Assembly: GCA_041658955.1 (NCBI GenBank)
Contig: JBAZZE010000004.1
Span: 1 to 57,031 of the forward strand
Direction: 5' to 3'
Source: Candidatus Shapirobacteria bacterium
Lineage (GTDB): Bacteria; Patescibacteriota; Microgenomatia; UBA12405
DNA: 57,031 nucleotides
Part shown: positions 1 to 9,208 of the stretch, one piece after another
How positions within the stretch are numbered: the stretch's first letter is position 1
Layout: each line of letters starts with the position of its first letter
Translations under genes and position numbers: made by a program
The notes under the pieces: generated by a model
What the model saw: the letters and a program-made list of their open reading frames with translations, nothing else
Told to the model about the DNA's origin: nothing
Database searches by the model: none

Positions 1-38
1 CTATTCTAGCAAAATTATTGCTAAAATATGCTTTGTAA

Positions 39-120
39 GCCGCTGTGGTGAAATTGGTATACACGTACGCTTTAGGAGCGTATGTCGCAAGACGTGGAGG
101 TTCAAGTCCTCTCAGCGGCA
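39..120 (+). tRNA. tRNA-Leu(TAG)
   Basis: GCCGCTG/CAGCGGC acceptor stem, anticodon arm TACGC-TTTAGGA-GCGTA, long variable arm, GGTTCAAGTCC T-arm; no encoded CCA. Confidence 0.96.
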
Positions 121-123
121 CAA

Positions 124-555
124 ATGGTATTAAACAATAAAATATTGGCGACTGGAGTGTTTGTATCGGACATGGACGGAAAAATTTTATGTTTACACCG
201 AAAAATTAATTTTGTGGAGGGTGGTAAATATGGTGTTCCAGGTGGAGTCATCCGTAAGCATCGTGGAATTGTTGGCACGGCAATATACAAACTAGAAAAT
301 GAGGTTGGCCTAATTTATAAAAAAGAAGACTTGGAATTGATTGGGAAATTTGAATACAAATCTGGAGATAAATCTATTGTTTTTCATTTATTTTCTCTGC
401 GAATAGCTGACAAGCGTGCAGAAAATATTGAGGTAAATTTAAATCTCGAAGGACACGATAGATATTTTTGGGAGACACCTCAAAATCTGTTGAAAAGAAC
501 TGACTTGATGGTGGGAATGTATACCCTGCTGCCGGCTTATATAAACAAGCTCTGA
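124..555 (+). CDS. NUDIX-fold protein with degenerate Nudix box
   Basis: ORF 82..555; first 14 codons lie inside the tRNA, so ATG124 is the likely start; KYGVPGG...LENEVGL resembles a Nudix box. Confidence 0.7.
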   Translation: MVLNNKILATGVFVSDMDGKILCLHRKINFVEGGKYGVPGGVIRKHRGIVGTAIYKLENEVGLIYKKEDLELIGKFEYKSGDKSIVFHLFSLRIADKRAENIEVNLNLEGHDRYFWETPQNLLKRTDLMVGMYTLLPAYINKL

Positions 556-1949
556 AAATATTGAACTACTTTTTGAAGAATGGTGGTCTTGGGACTGTAG
601 ATGGTTCCTGAACCGTTTAGAGGCGAAATTTCTTGTGGGTCAATATTTTTCCAGCTGATAAAGGTCTTGTCTTTGTAGTCAGGTATATTTTTTATTTTTA
701 GTTTGTAGGAAAATTTACCTTTACTTCCGGGATATACGGTACTTGAAGTGCAGATTTGATCGACGGTGACATTGATCGTAGATTCTGGAGAAAGACAAAA
801 TGATGTCTCCCCCCAGATGGATTGGCCGGTGTTTTTAAGAATTACTTCTCCAAGATATTCGGTATCGGTAAGAATAATAAAAGGGAGATTGTTGGCCACC
901 AATTCATACGTGGTAACTTGGAATGGTGTGTTTTTATTTTTAGGATCATTGACTACTTTTTGATAAGCCGAATGGAGATTTTCAGAGGTATCAAGCCATG
1001 AAAAATGATCAAATGGGGCATACGGGTAGTTGTAAATAAAGGGTGTGACCGCTTGAACCCGATCATCTTTCTGCCAGATTTTCAGGGCCTGACGGAGTAA
1101 TTCAGCTGAAGTGTCGGCAGTGTAGTACTGATTACTTTTAGTCTCACCTTCCCGGTGGGGCCAACCAGTTTCGGTTATATAGATGGGATAGGTTTTGGTA
1201 ACCCCTAAAGCTTTGAGAAAACTTAATTCCCAAATATAGCCACGAATAGAATGCTGACCTGTATCAGTGGGTAGTCCAACATAACCGTGGTTGGGGTATG
1301 AATGTGAAGCTACACCATCGAGGTTTTGAAAATATTCCGGTTTGTAAAGATAAATTTCTCTGTAGGTGTCTCCGGCAGTTTTTAATTCTGCGCCTTTATT
1401 GGGAGCGGCGAGGTCCAGTCCCCCACTTAGAAACACAAAATTTGGATTCAAAGAGTGAAGTTTTTGATAGGCATAAATTGAGAGGTCAGCATATGACTTG
1501 ATATCAACTTCTCCACCCCATTCGGTACCGTGATTAATTTCGTTAAAAAAGATGACGTGTTGTTTTTGGGTGGGCCAATTTAAACCATGTAGAAAATTGA
1601 CAAGATTGTCGATGTCAGAAGCAGAAGGTCGCTTCCAGTAACCATTTTCCATAATACTCGCCAAACGAATTATGGGAATAATGTGGTACTTACGGCATTT
1701 GTCCATGAACTCTTGCCAGTTGTTGTGGTTGAGTTGATCAGTACGAATGACAATGGTGATATACCCCCAATCACCACCCTGGGAATTGATGATAGAATGA
1801 GCCTTATCAATATCCCCTGTTTGAGTAAGGTGAAGTCCGAAAATATTTTTATCGACAGCATTAACACTGCCGACTTGGGCGAAAAGATAAATTGCAATTA
1901 AGATCAGAAAAACCGTCAATTTTTTCATATAATACAAAGAAACATCCAT
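537..1949 (-). CDS. Secreted clan GH-A glycoside hydrolase with C-terminal Ig-like domain
   Basis: Signal peptide (MKKLTVFLILIAIY...VNA), FFNEINH acid/base Glu, IYITETGW nucleophile Glu, C-terminal LKNTG...VYPG Ig-like segment; true start probably MKKL. Confidence 0.75.
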   Translation of the reverse strand: MDVSLYYMKKLTVFLILIAIYLFAQVGSVNAVDKNIFGLHLTQTGDIDKAHSIINSQGGDWGYITIVIRTDQLNHNNWQEFMDKCRKYHIIPIIRLASIMENGYWKRPSASDIDNLVNFLHGLNWPTQKQHVIFFNEINHGTEWGGEVDIKSYADLSIYAYQKLHSLNPNFVFLSGGLDLAAPNKGAELKTAGDTYREIYLYKPEYFQNLDGVASHSYPNHGYVGLPTDTGQHSIRGYIWELSFLKALGVTKTYPIYITETGWPHREGETKSNQYYTADTSAELLRQALKIWQKDDRVQAVTPFIYNYPYAPFDHFSWLDTSENLHSAYQKVVNDPKNKNTPFQVTTYELVANNLPFIILTDTEYLGEVILKNTGQSIWGETSFCLSPESTINVTVDQICTSSTVYPGSKGKFSYKLKIKNIPDYKDKTFISWKNIDPQEISPLNGSGTIYSPKTTILQKVVQYFQSLFI

Positions 1950-1963
1950 ATTTTACCTTATAA

Positions 1964-3049
1964 ATGATTGCCGAAGAAATTAGTCGAAAAATAGAAGCCG
2001 TCGAAAAGGAACTTCGTGACACACCTTACGACAAAAGTAGTCAGTTTCACCATGGAGTTTTGAAGGCGAAGCTATCAAAACTTAAGGACATGTTGGATGT
2101 TAAGAATAGCAGTGGAGGTGGTGGAGTTGGTTATGCAATCAAACATTCGGGTGATGCATCAGTGGTTTTAGTAGGATTACCTTCCGTGGGTAAATCAACG
2201 CTATTAAATGCAGTTACTAATGCCGAATCAAAAATTGGTAACTATGACTTTACTACCTTAGGAGTTATTCCAGGGATGATGGAATACAAAGGTATTAAGA
2301 TACAAATACTTGATCTTCCAGGAATAATTGAAGGTGCTGCCAGTGGAAAAGGTTTTGGAAGAAAGGTTTTGTCCGTAGTACGAGCGTCAGATATGGTAAT
2401 TTTGATGGCAGATATTCAGAGAATTGCCTGGATAAACAAAATCAGAAACGAAATGGAACAAGCAGGAGTACGGCCAAATCAACACCCTCCGAAAATAATA
2501 ATCAATCGGGTTAGTAAGGGTGGACTCCGAATTCTTGATCCCTTTAATACCCTACCAATGGACCAGATGGAACAGATTGCCATTGAGATGGGTTTTGAAA
2601 GTGCCCTGATCCAGTTGGGTGAAAGAATCGATACCATTGATCGGTTTATTGACGGACTGAGTAAATCGAGAACTTATATTCCTCTACTGGAGATTGTCAC
2701 TAAGATTGATACTGATCCAAAACATAAAAAAGAAAAAGTAGAAGATCGGTTATATATGAGTGCTGATAAGAACATTGGTCTTGATGATTTTAAAGAAGCC
2801 GTGTGGCGGAAACTAGGGTTGGTTAGGGTATATTTGAAGCGGGAAAGAACTAGCGAACCAGATAGAAGAGAGCCCTTGATTATGCGCCGGGGGCAAAATT
2901 TAAAAGATGTTTTAAATAAGTTATCGACTCAAATGAGTGAAGATGTGGCCAGAGCTTTTGTGTGGGGAAAGGAAGCTCGATTTGCTGGTCAAGAAGTCAG
3001 CTTTAAGTATGAGGTTTTCGATGAGATGGAAGTCTGGTTCGGACGATAA
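1964..3049 (+). CDS. DRG-family (OBG-like) GTPase with TGS domain
   Basis: N-terminal IEAVEKELRDTP...HHGVLKAKLSKL helix pair, GLPSVGKSTLL, YDFTT, DLPGIIEGAASGKG, TKID, C-terminal LGLVRVYLK...TGS-like region. Confidence 0.88.
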   Translation: MIAEEISRKIEAVEKELRDTPYDKSSQFHHGVLKAKLSKLKDMLDVKNSSGGGGVGYAIKHSGDASVVLVGLPSVGKSTLLNAVTNAESKIGNYDFTTLGVIPGMMEYKGIKIQILDLPGIIEGAASGKGFGRKVLSVVRASDMVILMADIQRIAWINKIRNEMEQAGVRPNQHPPKIIINRVSKGGLRILDPFNTLPMDQMEQIAIEMGFESALIQLGERIDTIDRFIDGLSKSRTYIPLLEIVTKIDTDPKHKKEKVEDRLYMSADKNIGLDDFKEAVWRKLGLVRVYLKRERTSEPDRREPLIMRRGQNLKDVLNKLSTQMSEDVARAFVWGKEARFAGQEVSFKYEVFDEMEVWFGR

Positions 3050-4108
3050 TTATTCTCCTGAGATACTTCGTATAAGTCGACTCCGTCGAGTTAATTCATC
3101 TTTGGAAATTTTTTCAGATTTCAAAAAAATCTCACGAGCTACAGTATCAGGTCGGGGAGAATAACGAAAAACATGGAGTTTGCTAAAGCCAATCGACTGG
3201 CAGAGTTTAAAAGTTTCTTGAAAATCTAGATCCGTTTCGGTAGGAAAACCGACGATAATATCGCTACCAAAAGTGAGTGTTGGATTTTGTTTGAGTCGAG
3301 CAAAGGTATCAATTATTCTTTTTTTATCGTATTGCCGGTTCATTAGTTTGAGGATTTTGTCAGAACAAGATTGAAGTGGTATATGAAGAAATCTAGAAAC
3401 ACGGGTGGGATATTCAGACAGTAAATTGGTGAATTTATCGTCAATAGTTATTAGGGGGATAGAACCAAAACTAATCAGCTCTATTTTGGTTCTAGTTAAT
3501 AAAGCCTCAACTAGATTTGAAAGGCCTGGAAAATATTGACCGAGGTTGACACCGGTAATGATAACTTCTGAATAACCATTTTTGACTGCCTCGTTAACTG
3601 TGTTGACTGCCTCATCAAGCGGAATTGCATTTAGATATGGTCGACGCGATGGGACAATACAAAAAGTGCAGTTTACCGAGCAACCAGATTGGACCCGAAA
3701 AACATAACGCTTGGTATGGGAAAATTTATCGAGAACATCAGATGAGTATTTACCGAAATTTTCCTTAAGGATGGTTTCTTTTTGAGTATTATCAAAGGTA
3801 TAGACTCGAGGAATATGATCAACTTTTTCAAGATGAGCACAACCGGTGGCCAGGACTATCGCCTCAGGATCGTCTTTAATAATCTTTTTGATTTGATAAA
3901 TAGATTCGTACTCACCTTTTTTGGTGATGGCGCAGGTATTCACTAAATAAACATCTGGTTTGTCCGTATCTGGAGATAGTCCTAGATCGACTAAAATTTG
4001 AGATAGTTGATTGGACTCTGAAGCATTGGCTCGGCAGCCAAAATTTATGGTAGCGAAAGTATGGGAACTATGACGAGCGATGATAGGTTTGAGGTCGGTA
4101 ATTTTCAT
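3050..4108 (-). CDS. mtaB: MtaB/MiaB-like radical SAM methylthiotransferase, apparently without TRAM domain
   Basis: FGCRAN, VNTCAIT, CSVNCTFC, IIVGFPTET, HVFRYSPRP. Confidence 0.85.
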   Translation of the reverse strand: MKITDLKPIIARHSSHTFATINFGCRANASESNQLSQILVDLGLSPDTDKPDVYLVNTCAITKKGEYESIYQIKKIIKDDPEAIVLATGCAHLEKVDHIPRVYTFDNTQKETILKENFGKYSSDVLDKFSHTKRYVFRVQSGCSVNCTFCIVPSRRPYLNAIPLDEAVNTVNEAVKNGYSEVIITGVNLGQYFPGLSNLVEALLTRTKIELISFGSIPLITIDDKFTNLLSEYPTRVSRFLHIPLQSCSDKILKLMNRQYDKKRIIDTFARLKQNPTLTFGSDIIVGFPTETDLDFQETFKLCQSIGFSKLHVFRYSPRPDTVAREIFLKSEKISKDELTRRSRLIRSISGE

Positions 4109-4121
4109 GAAAACAAAGTTG

Positions 4122-4994
4122 TTATTTTCGAGGATGCTCTTTCACAAACTCTTTGATGTAGTCGATTATATCAATCGTGGCTTTCCACCCCAGTTCATCC
4201 TGAGCTTTGGTTGAAGGATCAAGGGATTCGGTTCGTCCTGGGTAACCATCGATATATTCTACAGATCCGCCAAACGCTTTGGCAATTTCGTCAATGGAAT
4301 ACTTGTTGGGGTTAGCCAGTTGATAACCATCACCCAATCCTTTTTCACCAACCATAATTATTCCCCTGGCTAAGTCACTAGCATAAGTAAAATTACGTTT
4401 TTGGGTACCTGGTTTAACAATGATTAGTGGTTTGTTTTCTAAATATCTTTGCTCGAAATTGGCGATTACGGTACCGTAAGGTGGACCACCTTTTTCTCTA
4501 GGTCCAAAGGCATTATAAAAGTAGCAAATAGCGTAAGGCAGATCATACCACCGACCGTAATTGTTGATCAGGTCAACATTGTTGGCTTTGGTAAATGAGT
4601 AGGGATTCTGATGACGACCGTCACCTTCGATGGCAAATTTGGTACTAGAGGCAGCATAAACAAGTTTACCTACTTTTCGTTGGCGACAAAACTCAACTAC
4701 TGAAAATGTACCAGTCATGTTCATATCATAAACTTTGGCGACATCGTCAAATGATGGAGTAATTCGGGCATATTCCCCTAAGTGGAAAACGATATCAGGT
4801 GTCTCAGGTACTAGTTCGTTGATGTTTTTAGTATGACCCTTTCGATATTCAGCACCAGGAATGTGATTGTTTTCACTTCCATTGAAATAATTATCTAGGG
4901 AAATTATTTGGTTGTTAGGATCTTTAACTAAAATTTCAATTATATGCGAACCGACATGACCGGCACCGCCAGTAACCAAAATTAATTTAGACAT
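4122..4994 (-). CDS. NAD-dependent epimerase/dehydratase (extended SDR)
   Basis: VTGGAGHVGSH, YSFTK catalytic YxxxK, FYNAFGP. Confidence 0.9.
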   Translation of the reverse strand: MSKLILVTGGAGHVGSHIIEILVKDPNNQIISLDNYFNGSENNHIPGAEYRKGHTKNINELVPETPDIVFHLGEYARITPSFDDVAKVYDMNMTGTFSVVEFCRQRKVGKLVYAASSTKFAIEGDGRHQNPYSFTKANNVDLINNYGRWYDLPYAICYFYNAFGPREKGGPPYGTVIANFEQRYLENKPLIIVKPGTQKRNFTYASDLARGIIMVGEKGLGDGYQLANPNKYSIDEIAKAFGGSVEYIDGYPGRTESLDPSTKAQDELGWKATIDIIDYIKEFVKEHPRK

Positions 4995-6102
4995 TTTTAT
5001 TTTGATAAATAATTTTTAACTTTTCCATAAGAATAGAGTAAAAACGAAGATTGTGGATAGTAGCTAATCTTCCGGCAGTCATATCGCCGACTTGAAATAA
5101 GTGACGAAGATAGGATCGGTCATAACGGGTACACAGCAAACAGTCACAAGCAGTACTGATGGGATTGTGGTCGTGAGTATTGACCTCTTTATCGGGAACA
5201 TAAAAGGAATAAAAATTTTTAGAGGTAACGTCGATGTCGTCTATCGTTTTGGCATTGTAGACATAAAGTCGTTTATGGCGGGCATCACGGGTAGGAAGAA
5301 CACAGTCAAAAATGTTCCAACCTAAGTTGACTGACTCCACAATATCTTCAGGTTTACCAACTCCTAAGCCATAAAGAAAGTATTCTTCTGGCGAATTTCG
5401 GGCGATTATTTTGGCGGTTTCAAAATTTATTTTACCGTCTTGTATGGGCCAACCACCCCACCCAAGTCCATCAAAACCAATATCGACAAGACGTTCAGTA
5501 CATTCTTTTCGGAGGGCAGGGTCATTTCCCCCCTGAACAACACCCAGAAGATAAGGCCTTTTTTCTGGTGGAATTTTTTGATCTTCGATCGCTTTTTGGA
5601 AAATTTGTTTACATTCTTTGGCCCACATAATAGTTCGTTCAACAGTCTCGCGTTCCTTATAGGAGTTGGCATCAATGTCGGTAAAGTCATCAAGAACGAC
5701 CACCATGTCCGTTTGGAGAACTATTTGGAGATCAATTGACATCTTGGGAGTAAATAGAATTCTTTTCTTGGTGTTGGGTACCTTAAACTTGACACCTTCG
5801 TCAGAAACTGAATTTTTACCACCAAATTTTTTGGCGAGTGACATGACTTGAAAACCTCCAGAATCAGAAATTGCGGCTCCACTCCAGGACATAAAGTTGC
5901 GGACACCTCCGTGTTCTTTGATGACATCGCTGCCAGGAAAATTGTTAAGATGAAAAGTATTGACTAAAATTCCCTGTGTTTTGGTAGATTCAATATCGGC
6001 ACTGTCTAAGGTTTTGAGAACAGCCCGAGTGGCGTCAGGAAAAAAGACTGGTAGTGATATTTCTTTGCCGGTGATGGTACGAAATATTTTTGGCTTAGGC
6101 AT
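4987..6102 (-). CDS. tgt: tRNA-guanine transglycosylase
   Basis: LVNTFHL, SDSGGFQVMSL, GVVQGG, GLGVGKP, FDCVLPTRDARH, Zn site CDCLLC...HNL. Confidence 0.93.
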   Translation of the reverse strand: MPKPKIFRTITGKEISLPVFFPDATRAVLKTLDSADIESTKTQGILVNTFHLNNFPGSDVIKEHGGVRNFMSWSGAAISDSGGFQVMSLAKKFGGKNSVSDEGVKFKVPNTKKRILFTPKMSIDLQIVLQTDMVVVLDDFTDIDANSYKERETVERTIMWAKECKQIFQKAIEDQKIPPEKRPYLLGVVQGGNDPALRKECTERLVDIGFDGLGWGGWPIQDGKINFETAKIIARNSPEEYFLYGLGVGKPEDIVESVNLGWNIFDCVLPTRDARHKRLYVYNAKTIDDIDVTSKNFYSFYVPDKEVNTHDHNPISTACDCLLCTRYDRSYLRHLFQVGDMTAGRLATIHNLRFYSILMEKLKIIYQNKNV

Positions 6103-6146
6103 TGGTTGTTTGATATAGTGCGTTTTGATTATATAATACTTTGGCT

Positions 6147-6231
6147 GCCGCCATGGTGAAATTGGTATACACGCAAGACTTAAAATCTTGTGCTCTCAAC
6201 AAGCGTGGGGGTTCGATCCCCTCTGGCGGCA
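6147..6231 (+). tRNA. tRNA-Leu(TAA)
   Basis: GCCGCCA/TGGCGGC stem, CAAGA-CTTAAAA-TCTTG, long variable arm, GGTTCGATCC. Confidence 0.96.
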
Positions 6232-6255
6232 CATATTTGATAAACTACAAAGCAA

Positions 6256-6329
6256 CGGGGATTGGCGCAATTGGCTAGCGCGCACGGTTTGGGACCGTGA
6301 GGTTGCTGGTTCGAATCCAGTATCCCCGA
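6256..6329 (+). tRNA. tRNA-Pro(TGG)
   Basis: CGGGGAT/ATCCCCG stem, CACGG-TTTGGGA-CCGTG, GGTTCGAATCC. Confidence 0.96.
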
Positions 6330-6358
6330 CAGAGTCTATTTGATAAAATAGGTTCACT

Positions 6359-6429
6359 GCGGGATTAGTTAATCGGTATAACTTCACTTTTCCAAAGTGA
6401 AATGGTGGGTCCGACTCCCACATCCCGCT
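6359..6429 (+). tRNA. tRNA-Gly(TCC)
   Basis: GCGGGAT/ATCCCGC stem, TCACT-TTTCCAA-AGTGA; T-loop reads TCCGACT. Confidence 0.92.
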
Positions 6430-6471
6430 CAGATTTTTTCACCACATCGCACTGTAAAGGCATAACTGAAA

Positions 6472-6972
6472 ATGAATATTGATCCCAAATATCACCCAGT
6501 GGTTTCTAAAATTATTAACTTGCTTGAGAAGAATGGAGCTTGGTTTGAAGTTTTTAAGCATGAACCGGTGAGGACTTCTGAGGAAGCAGCCAAGATTAGG
6601 ACTGGATATGAACTTCATCAAGGTGCAAAAGCATTGATTGTTAGGGTAAAAATAAGTAATACGGAAAAGAAGTTTGCTATGTTGGTGTGTCCGGGAAATT
6701 CTCGGTTTGATAATGATAAGGTCAAGCAATATTTTGGAGCCAAGGATATTCGATTTGCGACTGAAGAAGAAGTTTCAACTATCACCGCTGGTGTTCAGCC
6801 TGGTGGGGTGCCACCGTTTGGTAATTTATTTGAATTAGAAGTGGTGGTCGATCCGACACTGTTACAAAATGAAAAAATAATCTTTAATGCTGGAGACAGA
6901 GGTTTTTCCATAGGGATGAAGTCGACTGACTACACGACTATTGTTGGTCCAAAAGTTGAGAATATTGTCTAG
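6472..6972 (+). CDS. YbaK/ProXp-type aminoacyl-tRNA deacylase
   Basis: HEPVRTSEEAA, GAKAL, RFATEEE, GGVPPFG, FNAG. Confidence 0.9.
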   Translation: MNIDPKYHPVVSKIINLLEKNGAWFEVFKHEPVRTSEEAAKIRTGYELHQGAKALIVRVKISNTEKKFAMLVCPGNSRFDNDKVKQYFGAKDIRFATEEEVSTITAGVQPGGVPPFGNLFELEVVVDPTLLQNEKIIFNAGDRGFSIGMKSTDYTTIVGPKVENIV

Positions 6973-7024
6973 TACAGAAAACTATCCAGGATGATTAAAA
7001 TTGGCTATAATACAGGCTGTATAA

Positions 7025-7106
7025 GCCGCCGTGGTGAAATTGGTATACACGTACGTTTCAGAAGCGTATAGAGCAATCTGTGGAGGTTCAAGTCCTCTCG
7101 GCGGCA
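7025..7106 (+). tRNA. tRNA-Leu(CAG)
   Basis: GCCGCCG/CGGCGGC stem, TACGT-TTCAGAA-GCGTA, long variable arm, GGTTCAAGTCC. Confidence 0.95.
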
Positions 7107-7109
7107 CTC

Positions 7110-8285
7110 GTGAGAAGAATTGTTTTAATAGTTACCTTTGGACTGTGGGTTTTGATGGGCGGATTTTCGTACCTGTTTGTGAACAAAGCAGTTATTAGCA
7201 TGCTTTTGCCGTCCCATCCTGAATATGGAGGATTAATAAATATTGTTGACTGGGGCAATAATAATCGCTATTGGTTATGGAGCGTATTTTCGGGAATAGT
7301 CGGTTTTTTAACTTTACTTCAATTGTGGTGGCTTAAAAGAGAAAATGGCAAAAACTGGTCGAAAAAAATGTGGATAGGGGTGATGATAATAGAACTCATG
7401 GCTGTCCTAAGCTACAACTTCATTTCTGATGATCTATATAGCTATTTATATTCTGGAAAAATGGTGGTGGAATATAAGGTTAACCCCTATACCGTCATGC
7501 CCAAAGAATTTTTTGGTCGTGATCAATGGTTATTTTTTGTAAAAAATGTAAATAATGTCTACTATCACTTGGGAGATACTGGAATAACTTATTACTATGG
7601 TCCTTTGTTTTTGGCTTATACGTCAATATTTGTAAAACTAGTTGGTCCAGGTAGGTTTGTGGGAATGTATTTGGGGTGGAAGATATTAAATCTGATTTGG
7701 TTTATGTTGGCAGGGTGGGTATTAATGCGACTAATTAAGGATCGTTCGAAAGTGATGGCTTTGTGGTATTTCAATCCCCTACTGCAATTTGAAATGTTGA
7801 CCAATAATCACAATGATCTGATGATGATTGGCTTGTTTTTTACTTCGTTATTACTACTCACTAAAAACAAAATCGGTGCTGTTGTATCGGTTTTGGCATC
7901 TTTGGCAATAAAGTTTGTTACTGTTGTTGGATTACCTCTACTATTTCTTAAGGAAAAATACAAAGAATGGGGATTTTTTATGATGGGCTTTGTGGTGGTA
8001 CTATTCCATGCCCTCAAGCCACTCCACTTATGGTATTACAGTTGGCTATACATTTTTTGGCCTATGGCACGGCTAAAAACACGTACATGGTTAATACTCT
8101 TCCTGTTTCAAGGTGTGATGCTTATAAATTATTCTGGCTATATTTGGTTTAATCGTTGGACTGACGCACCTTTCCTACCGCCAATTGGCATAATTCGGTG
8201 GATGCTTTTGTTATTACTACTTGCTTCTGAATGGGAGCGAATAGTTGAGAATGCGAAGAAAGTTGTCGTTAGGACTAAGCGCTAG
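7110..8285 (+). CDS. GT-C polytopic membrane glycosyltransferase (MptA/MptB or GT87-like)
   Basis: Many TM helices; SDDLYSY..G...NPY, YGPLF, FNP...NNHND motifs; ORF 7080 start is inside the tRNA, GTG7110 likely. Confidence 0.72.
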   Translation: MRRIVLIVTFGLWVLMGGFSYLFVNKAVISMLLPSHPEYGGLINIVDWGNNNRYWLWSVFSGIVGFLTLLQLWWLKRENGKNWSKKMWIGVMIIELMAVLSYNFISDDLYSYLYSGKMVVEYKVNPYTVMPKEFFGRDQWLFFVKNVNNVYYHLGDTGITYYYGPLFLAYTSIFVKLVGPGRFVGMYLGWKILNLIWFMLAGWVLMRLIKDRSKVMALWYFNPLLQFEMLTNNHNDLMMIGLFFTSLLLLTKNKIGAVVSVLASLAIKFVTVVGLPLLFLKEKYKEWGFFMMGFVVVLFHALKPLHLWYYSWLYIFWPMARLKTRTWLILFLFQGVMLINYSGYIWFNRWTDAPFLPPIGIIRWMLLLLLLASEWERIVENAKKVVVRTKR

Positions 8286-8958
8286 GTCGTTTGATAATTA
8301 GTTCTAGTTCGGGTTTATCGAGTTTTAAATTATCAATAACTTTTGCTGAGACATAGTCTGGGTTCATAAAGTTATTAAATTCAGCCGGAATTGCCTCATC
8401 GTGAAGGTGAGTTTTCATACCGCCAGGATATATTGAAAAAACGTTTATATCCTTATTTTCTGCTCTAAGGGCATCGGTATAGCCTCGAACCGCCCACTTG
8501 CTACTAGCATAGAGACTGGCCCCAATAGCTCTGGTGGCATCAAGTGCAGCACTAGATAATATATTGATAATTGACCCGTCTTTGTTAAGGTGGCTGATGG
8601 CAACTTTTGAGCCTAATACAGTACCGAAAAAATTAACATCAAACATCTCACGAGCTCTGTCCATATTTAACGGTTCGTTGTTTGGGAATTTCATAAATAC
8701 ACCAGCAGAGTTTATCCAAATGTCGATATTACCCAGCATATTTACTATTTCTGTAGCGACTTGATTTAGACTTTCTTCACTGCGGACGTCAGCTACGAAT
8801 GGAATGACACCAATTTCTTGAGCGGTTAATTCGACAGTTGATTTATTCTTACTAATAATTGCTACTTTTGCCCCTTCGTTGATAAAAAGTTTAGCCAGTG
8901 ATTTGCCAAACCCTTGGCTACCACCGACGATGACAACTACTTTATTGGTTAGATTCAT
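8275..8958 (-). CDS. Short-chain dehydrogenase/reductase
   Basis: VGGSQGFG, INSAG, YASSK, IYPGGMKT. Confidence 0.92.
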   Translation of the reverse strand: MNLTNKVVVIVGGSQGFGKSLAKLFINEGAKVAIISKNKSTVELTAQEIGVIPFVADVRSEESLNQVATEIVNMLGNIDIWINSAGVFMKFPNNEPLNMDRAREMFDVNFFGTVLGSKVAISHLNKDGSIINILSSAALDATRAIGASLYASSKWAVRGYTDALRAENKDINVFSIYPGGMKTHLHDEAIPAEFNNFMNPDYVSAKVIDNLKLDKPELELIIKRPSA

Positions 8959-9030
8959 GGCTTATCTTAACATTCGTGAGTATAACGGTACCAAAATAGG
9001 TTTTATTTTGTATAATACAAATACTTCTTA

Positions 9031-9103
9031 GCCGAAGTAGCCAAGATGGTCACGGCACTGGTCTGAAAAACCTGGGATGTTGGTTCGAGTCCAACCTTCG
9101 GCA
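9031..9103 (+). tRNA. tRNA-Phe(GAA)
   Basis: GCCGAAG/CTTCGGC stem, CTGGT-CTGAAAA-ACCTG (one T-T mismatch), GGTTCGAGTCC. Confidence 0.92.
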
Positions 9104-9131
9104 CCTACGAATACGATATAATTAACAAATT

Positions 9132-9204
<73 letters not shown>

Positions 9205-9208
9205 CATA

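Noticed and set aside
82-123. N-terminal MSQDVEVQVLSAA of ORF 82..555 (and MEVQVLSAA of ORF 7080)
   Set aside because: These codons are tRNA-Leu T-arm sequence; the similarity between the two ORF starts comes from the tRNAs
6196-6423. Minus-strand 75-aa ORF
   Set aside because: Antisense shadow of the tRNA-Leu/Pro/Gly cluster
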